Part shown: in pieces, positions 18,860 to 28,713 of the stretch
How the letters are laid out: each line of letters opens with the position of its first letter
Position numbering within the stretch: the stretch's first letter is position 1
Notes under the pieces: generated by a model
Told to the model about the DNA's origin: nothing
Databases searched by the model: none
The model's input: the letters and a program-made list of their open reading frames with translations, nothing else
Assembly: GCF_008000775.2 (NCBI RefSeq)
Contig: NZ_CP042905.2
Coordinates: 3,960,001-3,992,000 of the forward strand
DNA: 32,000 bases
DNA from: Promethearchaeum syntrophicum
Lineage (GTDB): Archaea; Asgardarchaeota; Lokiarchaeia; Sigyniarchaeales; Promethearchaeaceae
Reading direction: 5' to 3'
Made by a program: the position numbers and the translations under genes

Positions 18860-21316
18860 TTGGTGAATGAGTTGAACAGTGCGATAATTAAAGATTTGAT
18901 AACCAAAATTGGTTTTCCTTCAGAAGAGTCAAAAGAATATCCCTATACCAAAAACCTCGCAAAATTCAAGCTAATATTCACAAAAACCAAGAATAGATAT
19001 TTTGAAATCTTGTGTTTAAATCAAAACAAACTTAAAACTGAAATCTTAGATTACTTAGGTTATCAAAATCAAGAGGAGAAACACAAATTTTCTGATCATG
19101 AATTACAAAATCTTGCATCACAAGCATCCCATTTGATCTTAAACAAAATGTTTAGTTATTACGTAATTCAAGCCCAAGTTCACAAACACTATGGAATTAA
19201 ACTTGAAAATTTATATGTTCCTAGTAGTGAACAGACTTTTCAAGACCAAATTAAGGAGAAATTTAAAGATATTGTAAATACATTTGAAATCGCTCCAATT
19301 TTTCAAACAGATAGTTTTGATGAAATTATCCAATTTTCTGATAATTTATCTATTATACTTCAAGAGGCAAATAAATTCTTTGTAAATCTACATATTGAAG
19401 AGTTGAATGAAGATATTATTTCCAATCTATATCAAATGTTCATTCCACTTGAAGAAAAAAAAAAACTAGGTCAAATATATACTCCCCAAGATATTGCACA
19501 ATTGATGGTTAAATTAACAGTCCAAAATCCAAACGAGCTTGTTTTAGATCCTGCTTGTGGATGTGGGACTTTATTACATAAGGTGTACTATCGATTAAAA
19601 AATTTAAAAATCGAGGCTAAAATTCCATTAAATCATAAAGATTTACTCTCTCAAATTTGGGGTATAGAAATTAATCCTTTTCCAGCCCAAATTGCAATGA
19701 TGTCACTTGCTTTTATGGATATTTCTAAAATCACACAAGTATCAGGGATTTTATTAGAAGATTTCCTTAATATTGGACCGCTCAAAAATTATTTTGTAAA
19801 ATCAATGAATTTTAAAACCGGAAAGATCATTACAAGAGAATTACCAAAGAAATTTGATGTGATTATTGCAAATCCCCCATATATTAAACAAGAATTGATA
19901 CCAAACAAAAAACTAATGATGAAAAATCTCCCCATTTTTGCATCATATCGAGAAAAAAATATTCTTCCCAGTAATGTATTAAAAAAAACACAGAAAATCA
20001 AACTAGAATTGACTGGAAAAACCGATTATTATGGGTTTTTTCTATGGTATTCAAATTATTTTCTTAGGGATCAAGGAAAACTTTGCTTTATAGTCCCTAA
20101 TAAATGGATGGATGTAGAATACGGTAAGAAACTAAAGAAATTTATCAAAGAAAATTTCAAAATAATCGCAGTTATAGGATTTAATCAAAATGTGTTTGAA
20201 AATGCTCAAGTTTCAACACTTATTATAATTCTTAAAAAAGAGAAAGATAATTTTAAACGTAAACATCATTACGTTAAATTTATTAATATTTTAGAGAAAG
20301 AAGGGAGACAAAAACTAGAATATTTAGTAAATTCTTCTTTAAGACCAATTTTTAAAGCAGAAATTGATTGGAACGGATATCTATTTAAAAATGAAAGCAA
20401 TTCACTCCAATGTACCTACATACGTCAAGATCATTTAAACTATTTAGAAAAATGGTCAATTAAATATCTTTATCAATCACATTTTGCACGAATATTGAAA
20501 AAAAAATCCTTAATAGCAATGGATAATCTTGAAATTACATCTGTTATTGGTGGGATCAAGACAGGGGCTAATGATTTTTATTTTCCCTCTGAAAATGATC
20601 AAAAGAAATATTCAATCGAACCACAATTTCTAATTCCAGGAATTAAAACAGGGCGCAAAATTCCCTCAAAAATTATTATAGATCAGGCAAAAAACCAGTT
20701 TCTCTCTATTCCCTCCGAGACAAACATTTCAAAATATCCGGGATTACATTCATATATATCACATGGTGAAAATTCAAAGAAATATCATGAACGACGTTCA
20801 GTTCATTGGAAACCTTGGTATTCTATACCAAAAAATAAGCAAGACACACCAGATATTTTATTTCTTCGACACATCAATAAAAATTTCAAAGCTAGATGGA
20901 ATAAGGTAAAATGCGTTGTTGCTGACGGAGTGAGAGGAATTAGAGTAAATAATCCAGATCATTTACTTTTTTATTTAGGGATTTGCAACTCCACTTATTT
21001 CTACTGGCAAGCCCATATATGCGGTAGATGGGAGGGACAAGGTGATCTTCAACTATTGGTTTATGAATTACGCCAATTTCTTATTCCAGACATTAGAAAA
21101 ATTCCCCAAGAAAAGATTGTCAATGTGGAAAAATGCATGAATAAGATAATATTTGAAACTCAAAATTCTAAATCAAAAGAATATGATACAATGTCAATTT
21201 TGCATAAAAACCTAGATATTGCAGTTCTGGATTGCTTAGATCTAAAAAATAATTATGAATTACTTCAAAAAGAAACAAATTATTTAGAGCAAAGTCGTTT
21301 AACAAAAAAATTTTAA
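18860..21316 (+). CDS. N6-adenine DNA methyltransferase with a TaqI-like C-terminal region (possible Type IIG-like or solitary MTase)
   Basis: GQIYTPQDIAQLMV, motif I LDPACGCGTLLHKVY, motif IV NPPYIKQE, and C-terminal segments GIKTGANDFYFP and YFYWQAHICGRWEGQGDLQLLVYELRQFLIP typical of TaqI-like target recognition domains. Start is TTG/GTG and uncertain. Confidence 0.85.
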   Translation: MVNELNSAIIKDLITKIGFPSEESKEYPYTKNLAKFKLIFTKTKNRYFEILCLNQNKLKTEILDYLGYQNQEEKHKFSDHELQNLASQASHLILNKMFSYYVIQAQVHKHYGIKLENLYVPSSEQTFQDQIKEKFKDIVNTFEIAPIFQTDSFDEIIQFSDNLSIILQEANKFFVNLHIEELNEDIISNLYQMFIPLEEKKKLGQIYTPQDIAQLMVKLTVQNPNELVLDPACGCGTLLHKVYYRLKNLKIEAKIPLNHKDLLSQIWGIEINPFPAQIAMMSLAFMDISKITQVSGILLEDFLNIGPLKNYFVKSMNFKTGKIITRELPKKFDVIIANPPYIKQELIPNKKLMMKNLPIFASYREKNILPSNVLKKTQKIKLELTGKTDYYGFFLWYSNYFLRDQGKLCFIVPNKWMDVEYGKKLKKFIKENFKIIAVIGFNQNVFENAQVSTLIIILKKEKDNFKRKHHYVKFINILEKEGRQKLEYLVNSSLRPIFKAEIDWNGYLFKNESNSLQCTYIRQDHLNYLEKWSIKYLYQSHFARILKKKSLIAMDNLEITSVIGGIKTGANDFYFPSENDQKKYSIEPQFLIPGIKTGRKIPSKIIIDQAKNQFLSIPSETNISKYPGLHSYISHGENSKKYHERRSVHWKPWYSIPKNKQDTPDILFLRHINKNFKARWNKVKCVVADGVRGIRVNNPDHLLFYLGICNSTYFYWQAHICGRWEGQGDLQLLVYELRQFLIPDIRKIPQEKIVNVEKCMNKIIFETQNSKSKEYDTMSILHKNLDIAVLDCLDLKNNYELLQKETNYLEQSRLTKKF

Positions 21317-21333
21317 AAAAAAATTTTGAAAAA

Positions 21334-22752
21334 TTATTTCTTTTTTTTGGATATGATATAAATAGATCCAACGAAAAACATTATAAAGTGAAAGGGTTCA
21401 TAACCGGGTATTTTTTTAAGTTCTGGATTTGTGTGTTCAGCTAAATGCAACAAACCTTTAAAAATTAGTTCAGAATTTTCAATAACTTTATTGGCAGGAG
21501 GGTTAAAGAAATCCCATATACCCCATTGTTCGTATAATCCTGTAGATAAATCGTGTGTTATTTTTAATGCGGAATTATTTCCATAGGTTTCGAGACAAAT
21601 GGCAATCCGGTTATCTCTATTTTCCCAGTACATCCACGGAGAAAACATTCCTGCTTCAAAAAGTATTATTGAAGAAGAAAACCCTAGAATATTCGCAAGA
21701 GAAGATGTTATATTTTCATAGTTTTTGACATCAAATTCTTCTTTATATTTTTGATTAAACTCATACACTTGGGGATAATATATGGCTTGAATTCCCGAAT
21801 GAAGTGAGACTACAGTTTCAAAACTATGATCCTCGATAAAGTTTTTTAGATTTTTAGTACATTTTTCAGAAAAAGGTTTTTCTCCATGATATATTTGGGA
21901 TTCTGGTAACGATGTAGAATAAGATGGATTTCCGAAATCATGATCATAATTCCGATTGGGATCGGTTCCCCCAAAAACATCTTCACCAATAATTTCATTA
22001 TCATTAAGATCTTCTCCTTCATATCCAGAATTTATTGCATATTTATTATCATTATCGCTATAGAAAACAGAAATATAACCATCTCCATCGATATCTTTTG
22101 GTTCTATCTCAGGAATGGTTAGACTCAATTTATCTATCAATTCTCCTCCATTAAGATTTAATCCACTAACAGTTTTTCTTTGCCATGGAAAAGAACTAAT
22201 TAACAGACTTCCATCGATGTTTAATGAAGGAATAACAAATATCTCTTTCTCATTTAGTAGGTTAATTATATTTTCATCTTGATTAATAGTATCATTTATG
22301 ATTTTATCAATAAAATACAGAGCATTTTCTACTGTAATTTGCTCACGGGCGTGATGCTGGGCAACAATGAGAATTTCCTTTTTTTTAGTATTAATTTCTT
22401 CATTTGTTATTCTAACTGCATATATATCATGTCCCAGATATGTAGTTCCAATTGAAAACACTTCTATCATTTCAGGAAAATTAATTTCAAGATTATTTAT
22501 TTTATATTTTATTTCAGTATAATTATGATAATTGCCTAAAGAAGGACCAAATACAAGAGAGTCATCTCCTTTAATATCAGCTGAAGCATTTTTAAATTCA
22601 TCCCAAATGAACATATAATCATTATCATCATCAATTTGTGATGAACTTATTGGAGATTTATCGCTGAGTTTTCTACTACCTTGAAAAAAAAGAGTAAGAC
22701 CACTAAATAGAAATAAAAATAGAATTAAAACAACTTTTCTTAATTTCCTCAC
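21334..22752 (-). CDS. Secreted M14 zinc carboxypeptidase-like protein with a C-terminal membrane/sorting-like tail
   Basis: N-terminal signal-like VVLILFLFLFSGLTLF, VAQHHAREQITVENAL, GGTDPNRNYDHDFG, ETVVSLHSG, ICLETYGN; C-terminus IPGYEPFHFIMFFVGSIYIISKKKK. Confidence 0.85.
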   Translation of the reverse strand: MRKLRKVVLILFLFLFSGLTLFFQGSRKLSDKSPISSSQIDDDNDYMFIWDEFKNASADIKGDDSLVFGPSLGNYHNYTEIKYKINNLEINFPEMIEVFSIGTTYLGHDIYAVRITNEEINTKKKEILIVAQHHAREQITVENALYFIDKIINDTINQDENIINLLNEKEIFVIPSLNIDGSLLISSFPWQRKTVSGLNLNGGELIDKLSLTIPEIEPKDIDGDGYISVFYSDNDNKYAINSGYEGEDLNDNEIIGEDVFGGTDPNRNYDHDFGNPSYSTSLPESQIYHGEKPFSEKCTKNLKNFIEDHSFETVVSLHSGIQAIYYPQVYEFNQKYKEEFDVKNYENITSSLANILGFSSSIILFEAGMFSPWMYWENRDNRIAICLETYGNNSALKITHDLSTGLYEQWGIWDFFNPPANKVIENSELIFKGLLHLAEHTNPELKKIPGYEPFHFIMFFVGSIYIISKKKK

Positions 22753-23024
22753 TTATCCTCAAAAATATAATAAAATGAATATTTATTAATGCTTCGATTA
22801 ATCTTAATATCCTTGCAAAAATTGAAAACTAATTTTAATATTTGATAAAATATTTTATGTTTAGTACCTATATTATTTTTTATAACTCCCCGCATAGAAT
22901 TACTAAATTAATTAATAATTATCAAAATTTACTTATTAAACAATCAACAATTTCCATTCTTACATACAGATTATTAAAAAACAAAAAAAAAATTCAAAAT
23001 AATCTTTGAATAATTAAAATATAG

Positions 23025-23870
23025 ATGAAAAAAAAAACTATAAAACCGCACCCTTTTTTAAAATGGGCAGGGGGAAAAAGACAACTTCTAAGTCAAATTG
23101 AACCTTTTGTCCCAGATTCATTTAACACATATATTGAACCGTTTGTTGGAGGAGGTGCATTATTCTTTTATTTAACACTAAAAAAAGCTATCATTATTGA
23201 TAATAATCCTGTTTTAATTAACGCTTACAAGATAATCCAAAATAATGTGGAAGATTTAATAAAATCACTGCAAAAGCATAAAAATGAAAAGGAATATTAT
23301 TATAAAATTCGAAATATTGACCTTTTAGAAGAATTTAAAGAATGGTCAGATATTGAAAAGGCATCTAGAATCCTTTTTATGAATAAATGTTGTTATAATG
23401 GGCTATATCGAGTAAATTCTAAAGGTCATTTTAATGTTCCATTTGGAAGATATTCCAATCCTAATTTTTGTGATGAAGTAAATCTAAGAGCTGTTCACAA
23501 AGCTCTTCAAGGGGTTGAAATAATTTTAGGATCTTTTGAAAATTGTTTAAAATTTGCTCAAAAAGACGATTTCATATATTTTGATCCCCCTTATGATCCG
23601 CTTTCAAGTACAGCTAATTTTACAGGATATACCAAGGAAAAATTCGGGAAAAATGAACAGGAGAACTTAAAAAAAGTTTTCGATGAATTAAACGAACGAG
23701 GATGTAAGGTTTTATTAAGCAATTCCTATACTGATTTTATATTAGATTTGTACAAAGATTATAAGATCACATTAGTATCTGCAAAACGAGCAATCAATAG
23801 AGATGCTTTAAAACGTGGCAATATTAAAGAAATCCTTGTAAGCAATTATCCAATTAAATCAGGAGTTTAA
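23025..23870 (+). CDS. Dam-family (D12 class) N6-adenine DNA methyltransferase
   Basis: PHPFLKWAGGKRQLLSQIEPFVP, YIEPFVGGGALFF, FIYFDPPYDPLSSTANFTGYTKEKFG. Confidence 0.93.
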   Translation: MKKKTIKPHPFLKWAGGKRQLLSQIEPFVPDSFNTYIEPFVGGGALFFYLTLKKAIIIDNNPVLINAYKIIQNNVEDLIKSLQKHKNEKEYYYKIRNIDLLEEFKEWSDIEKASRILFMNKCCYNGLYRVNSKGHFNVPFGRYSNPNFCDEVNLRAVHKALQGVEIILGSFENCLKFAQKDDFIYFDPPYDPLSSTANFTGYTKEKFGKNEQENLKKVFDELNERGCKVLLSNSYTDFILDLYKDYKITLVSAKRAINRDALKRGNIKEILVSNYPIKSGV

Positions 23871-23975
23871 ACTAACTTCAACAAAAAAACCTTTTCTCTC
23901 TTCTCTCTAAATTTCACGCATACATTTTTTAGGTAATAAAATGGATCATATGGTTACAATAGTAAATATTATTAA

Positions 23976-24008
23976 GCATAGGAATAATTTTTATGCATAA
24001 GAATAATT
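23976..24008. promoter_or_regulatory. Tandem direct repeat GCATA(G/A)GAATAATT upstream of the AbrB-PhoU gene
   Basis: 23976..23989 GCATAGGAATAATT and 23995..24008 GCATAAGAATAATT, 19 bp start-to-start, with palindrome TTATGCATAA at 23991..24000. Confidence 0.35.
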
Positions 24009-24023
24009 CTAAAGGTTAATATT

Positions 24024-25073
24024 ATGAGTCGAATGCAAGAGTATGATAAATTTGAACAAAAGAAAGTTCAAAGCGTGAAAGGATCATTTTATGTCTATCT
24101 ACCTAAAGCGTTATGTACAAGATATGAAATTGAGAAATCAAAAAAAATTTTTATGAAGCAGCTGGAAGATGATTCTTTGCTTCTAAAGTTTAACAGTCAA
24201 AGTGCGTATCCCACAAAATCATTTGAAATTAAATTAGATTACGATATCGCTAAAAATCATGGAGATTTAAAAAAGGAGGAATATTTAGACTTCCTTTTTA
24301 ATCAATATCTAACAGCATATATTATTGGATATAATACTGTCATTTTTTCAAAAGAAACCAAAATTCCCATGGTGATGCAAAATCGAATTCATAAAATGAC
24401 GAGAAAATTATATGGAATGGTTGTTATCAGTGAAACTACCACTAAAATAGTGGTTGAAGAGCATTTTGAAGAGATAGATATAAGAATTTTAAATAGACAG
24501 CTTTTATCAAAAATCAATCTTATGATCAATAATTACAAAGAGTTAGTTGAGGAATTTAATAAACTTGATAATCCTGAAGAATTAATCAATGAATTGATAA
24601 AACAAGATGATCAGGTTGATGAGCATCGATATGCGGTGGAAAGATATGTTCATCAAATCCTTAGACATCCTTCTTTAGGGCAGATTGTAAGTATAAATGC
24701 GGTTGAATGCTTGCATTATTCGGAAATGACAAGATTGATTGAAAGAATCGGAGATCATATAGTTAAACTTGCTAACCTTTTAAAAATACAAGAAATTGTT
24801 GAAAAAGAATTTGTCATTGAGCATTTAGATAAAATGTGGAATTTCTATATCACTATTCAAGATAATTTTGAACGTACAAACCGTATAAAATTATGGAAAT
24901 TAAATCAAGAAATTAAGGAATATGCAAAAGAAGTAAAAGATAGGATTTACGAAAATCATCCCGATACAGAATACCTTATCCCTATTAGGAGAGTATGTAA
25001 CATTTGTGGTGACATTGCCGAAATTAGGATAAACGACATCCTCTCACAAACACAAATTAAAATTGATAAGTAA
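24024..25073 (+). CDS. AbrB/SpoVT-PhoU fusion regulator (archaeal phosphate uptake regulator-like)
   Basis: N-terminal AbrB-like FEQKKVQSVKGSFYVYLPKALCTRYEIEKSKKIFMKQLEDDSLLLK, followed by a PhoU-like helical region (NAVECLHYSEMTRLIERIGDHIVKLANL). Confidence 0.85.
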   Translation: MSRMQEYDKFEQKKVQSVKGSFYVYLPKALCTRYEIEKSKKIFMKQLEDDSLLLKFNSQSAYPTKSFEIKLDYDIAKNHGDLKKEEYLDFLFNQYLTAYIIGYNTVIFSKETKIPMVMQNRIHKMTRKLYGMVVISETTTKIVVEEHFEEIDIRILNRQLLSKINLMINNYKELVEEFNKLDNPEELINELIKQDDQVDEHRYAVERYVHQILRHPSLGQIVSINAVECLHYSEMTRLIERIGDHIVKLANLLKIQEIVEKEFVIEHLDKMWNFYITIQDNFERTNRIKLWKLNQEIKEYAKEVKDRIYENHPDTEYLIPIRRVCNICGDIAEIRINDILSQTQIKIDK

Positions 25074-25132
25074 TAGGGAAATACAAAATGAAAACATCAA
25101 ATTTCATGTGATCATTAAGGGGAGAAAAAATC

Positions 25133-27058
25133 TTGGAGAAATTTAGTCAAAAAATTCTTAGTAATGCAGAAAAATTATATTATTTAGGAGATTTCCAAAA
25201 ATCTCTTGAGCTCCTAACAGGATTAGAAGAAAAAAAAGAAATTTCTCCAGAAGAACAATGTTTTATTTCCATTCTAAGAAGTAAAATTTTTAATGCTTTA
25301 GGTGAATTTACCAAAGAACTTCAATCATTGGAATTAGCATACAAAAGTAGTCAAGAAATAGAAGATGTTAGCTTATTATTCGATGCTATTATTTTAAAAG
25401 CAGAAAAAGCAATAGAAATGGGAGAAAAAAAACAATTTTTTGAGTTAATCGGAAAAGCAGAGAATTTATTCGAAGAAAACAAGGTGGAATTACTTCCAAA
25501 ACTAGGTGACATTTCTCTTTCTAAAGGTCATTATTATTCAATTATGGAAGTAGATTATACCCAAACTTTAAAATTTTATAATCAATGTTCAGAAATCTAT
25601 AAAAAAAACAATGATAAACAGAAGTTAGCTGAAATTTTTATAGAAATTGGAGGGGTTATGTTTTATAAAGGCGAATTAGATAAATCAATGCTTTATTATG
25701 AGAAGAGCCTTACAATTTGTAAAAAAATTGGTTATAAACATGGAATCGCCGAAATTTATAATGGTTTTGGAATTTTATATAGTTACACAGAGGATTTCCA
25801 TAAATCACTGATGTATATGGAAAAAAGCTTAGCAATCGCGGAAGATATTAAATATAAAAATGATATTGCAGTTTCTTTGGTTAATATTGGAGAGATGTTA
25901 TATGTTCAAGGGGATTTAAAAAGAGCTGGAGAATATTATGAACGAAGTTTAAAAGAATATAGAGCACTTCAAAATTCTACTGGAATAGGATACGTTTTGT
26001 TAGATTTAATTATGTTATACATTGAAATGAATTATGAAGAGAAAGTAAAAACAAATTTCTCTTATTTGGAAGAATTATATAATCAGTATCGCTTTTTATT
26101 TAAAGAAATTGTATATTACTACCAAATTGCAGAAGCACTCATATTAAAAAAAAGCACCAGAATGCGAGACAAAGTGAAAGCGGAACAAATTTTTAAAGAA
26201 TACGCGGTTGATGATAACGTAGATTTTCAATTAACCATTATCGCTTTACTCAATTGGTGTGAATTACTTCTGTATGAACTCTCAATTTCGAATGACCCTG
26301 AAGTTTTAAATGAAATTCAAGCGATTATAAACAAATTACTTCATCTCGAAGAACAGCAATATAATTACAATTTAATTGCATCAACTTATTTATTACAAGC
26401 AAAATTTGCATTGATCCAATTTAAATTGAAGGAAGCTCAACAATTTCTAACGAAAGCTCAACAGGTTGCCCAAGAAAAAGGTTTGCAATTATTGGCAATG
26501 AAAATTTCTGCCGAACATGATGAAGTTCTCAACCAATTAGATATATGGGAAAATTTACAGAAAAAATCAAAGCAAATATCCATGGCAGAGCGTCTTAAAT
26601 ATGCGAAATTAAATGAGCAAATGGATTCTATGATTAGAACTCGAGCCCCGGAACAACTTGAAATATTATCTGAAATTCCGATATTTCTTTCAGTTATATC
26701 AAAAGGAGGAACAGCAGTTATTAAATTTCCGTTTCTGGATAAATGGGCAGATAAAAATATATTCAGCAGCTTTATTTCAGCTTTTAACGTGTTTAGTAAG
26801 GAACTCTTTTCAAAATCAGTAGATCGTGTTAAAATGGGAGAAAATATTATTCTTTTAAATCCAATTGAACGATTTACTGCTTGTTATGTTATAAAAGGTC
26901 CTTCTTATCTAGCACAACAAAAATTAATCAGATTTTCGGAAAGGATTAGAGCAACTCCGGAAATTTGGAATCGATTGAATGAATATAGTAATACAGGTGA
27001 AATCCTATTAGCCAAAGAAAACCCCCCTCTTAAAACAATTATTGATGAGGTTTTTTAA
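25133..27058 (+). CDS. Tetratricopeptide-repeat protein with a distinct C-terminal globular domain
   Basis: Repeats such as GELDKSMLYYEKSLTICKKIGYKHGIAEIYNGFGILYSYTEDFHKSLMYMEKSLAIAEDIKYKNDIAVSLVNIGEML; non-TPR C-terminus from about EIPIFLSVISKGGTAVIKFPF. Confidence 0.88.
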   Translation: MEKFSQKILSNAEKLYYLGDFQKSLELLTGLEEKKEISPEEQCFISILRSKIFNALGEFTKELQSLELAYKSSQEIEDVSLLFDAIILKAEKAIEMGEKKQFFELIGKAENLFEENKVELLPKLGDISLSKGHYYSIMEVDYTQTLKFYNQCSEIYKKNNDKQKLAEIFIEIGGVMFYKGELDKSMLYYEKSLTICKKIGYKHGIAEIYNGFGILYSYTEDFHKSLMYMEKSLAIAEDIKYKNDIAVSLVNIGEMLYVQGDLKRAGEYYERSLKEYRALQNSTGIGYVLLDLIMLYIEMNYEEKVKTNFSYLEELYNQYRFLFKEIVYYYQIAEALILKKSTRMRDKVKAEQIFKEYAVDDNVDFQLTIIALLNWCELLLYELSISNDPEVLNEIQAIINKLLHLEEQQYNYNLIASTYLLQAKFALIQFKLKEAQQFLTKAQQVAQEKGLQLLAMKISAEHDEVLNQLDIWENLQKKSKQISMAERLKYAKLNEQMDSMIRTRAPEQLEILSEIPIFLSVISKGGTAVIKFPFLDKWADKNIFSSFISAFNVFSKELFSKSVDRVKMGENIILLNPIERFTACYVIKGPSYLAQQKLIRFSERIRATPEIWNRLNEYSNTGEILLAKENPPLKTIIDEVF

Positions 27059-27100
27059 ATCATAATAAAACACTAAAGAAAAACTATATGTGAGAAAAAA

Positions 27101-27826
27101 ATGAATGAAATTAATCAACCAATACAGAATCAAAACAAGCCGTTAAACACTACACTATTGATAATATTATCATTATTCTCAATGGTAGCTCAATTACCTT
27201 TTTTATTCCTACCCGCTAGAAGATGGGATTGGATTGAAGCTTGGGTGTATCTAATATTTTTCTATATATACATGCTAGCTCAAATTCTAATTTTAAATAA
27301 GAAAAATCCGCAAGTGTTAAGAAATCGAATTAATGCAAAAAAATCAGGAATGACTAAAGCAGAAGGAGCAGATAAATGGATTCTACCCCTTGTTTCCATT
27401 GTTTTTCTTGCAGTGTTCTTAATTCCAGGATTTGATGAGGGAAATGGATGGTCAGAAGTCCCGTTTCAAGTTGAAGTAATTGGTTTTGTAATTTTAGGAA
27501 TTTCTTTTTACATTCTTTATCGAAGTATGTTGGATAATGCTTTCGCTTCAAAAGTGTTAGATATTCGAAAAGAAAGCGGCCATAAGATCATTGATACAGG
27601 CTCCTATGCTGTAGTACGCCATCCCATGTATACTGGATTTTTCTTAATGGGTTTTGGACTTACTTTAGCCCTTGGTTCATGGTATGGATTGATTCCTGCA
27701 GGTCTATTTCTAGTAATTCTTGCGATTAGGATTCATTTTGAAGAAGAAATGCTAATCGAGGGATTAGAAGGGTATGAAGAATACCAAAAGAAAGTAAAAT
27801 ACAAACTATTTCCTAAAATATATTAA
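27101..27826 (+). CDS. Isoprenylcysteine carboxyl methyltransferase (ICMT)-like membrane methyltransferase
   Basis: Multi-TM protein with GSYAVVRHPMYTGFFLMGFGLTLALGSWYG and HFEEEMLIEGLEGYEEYQKKVKYKLFP, typical of the ICMT/PEMT-like family. Confidence 0.85.
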   Translation: MNEINQPIQNQNKPLNTTLLIILSLFSMVAQLPFLFLPARRWDWIEAWVYLIFFYIYMLAQILILNKKNPQVLRNRINAKKSGMTKAEGADKWILPLVSIVFLAVFLIPGFDEGNGWSEVPFQVEVIGFVILGISFYILYRSMLDNAFASKVLDIRKESGHKIIDTGSYAVVRHPMYTGFFLMGFGLTLALGSWYGLIPAGLFLVILAIRIHFEEEMLIEGLEGYEEYQKKVKYKLFPKIY

Positions 27827-27866
27827 GTTATTACTCGATATCTTTTTTTTTATTTCTCAATCGTAA

Positions 27867-28697
27867 TCATATTATTTTTGAAATTATTTTCTTGATAATT
27901 TGCCAAAAATCCGATGGATTCCCCAGATGTAATCCATGACCTGCATTTGGGATAAAAATAATGGGTAATTTAGATTCTTTAATTAGTTCTTCGGAAGAAA
28001 GAAGTCCTTTATTATCTTCTCCAAATATGAAATAAACGGGAAAATGAAGGCATTTCTGCAATCTTGGCAATAATTCATTGCTATAAGAATGATGTACTAA
28101 ATCTTTGGATGAAGCCCACAGTGGATAAGGTCCTACAAGCTTGAGTTTATCACAATAACTTTGAATTTCTGAGCCAAATTCTGTAATAATTTCTTGTAAA
28201 AAGGACTCAAAATTTGTTTCAAAATCATCCAAGGTTTTTTTTGCAATTATGGAAGAAAAGTCAGCATCTCCTCGATCTAAATTTCCTTCAAGATAAAATA
28301 AACCTAGCACTTTAATATTGATTGAATTTTGATTTTGAATTTTCATTAACTCTTCGATTAAAGAAATCGCAATCGGTCCTCCCATAGAATGAGCAAAAAT
28401 TACAACCCGATTTATTTTTTCCTCAATTAAAAGCTTATGAATCATATTAGCCTGATTTTCCATAGTATATGCTAATTCTTGTTTTGGTTGATCTGATTTT
28501 CCATATCCCAATAAATCAGGAACAATCCACGAAAATTGATTGAGATTATATCGTTCATATTGTTCTTTAAACCAATCTTTATTCTGGCCTAATCCGTGGA
28601 TGAAAACTATACTATATTCTTGATTAGGATTTGAAGATTGATAATATTCTACATTACCATATTGAGTAGAAAAAACTTTTGTGTTTATTGTATGCAT
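27867..28697 (-). CDS. Alpha/beta hydrolase
   Basis: VFIHGLGQNKDWF, VPDLLGYGKSD, nucleophile elbow VVIFAHSMGGPIAIS, C-terminal NAGHGLHL. Listed ORF starts at 28730; the internal ATG (MHTINTK) at 28697 avoids overlap with the upstream gene. Confidence 0.85.
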   Translation of the reverse strand: MHTINTKVFSTQYGNVEYYQSSNPNQEYSIVFIHGLGQNKDWFKEQYERYNLNQFSWIVPDLLGYGKSDQPKQELAYTMENQANMIHKLLIEEKINRVVIFAHSMGGPIAISLIEELMKIQNQNSINIKVLGLFYLEGNLDRGDADFSSIIAKKTLDDFETNFESFLQEIITEFGSEIQSYCDKLKLVGPYPLWASSKDLVHHSYSNELLPRLQKCLHFPVYFIFGEDNKGLLSSEELIKESKLPIIFIPNAGHGLHLGNPSDFWQIIKKIISKII

Positions 28698-28713
28698 GCG
28701 ATTCTTCAACAAA

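Noticed and set aside
18860-23870. Defence island (BREX, DISARM or complete restriction-modification system)
   Set aside because: Only two MTase genes are visible. No PglZ, BrxC, helicase/nuclease partner or specificity subunit is recognisable, and the gene between them is an M14 peptidase.
27354-27551. 65-aa minus-strand ORF
   Set aside because: Antisense to the ICMT-like gene; Leu-rich reversed complement of a TM coding region.
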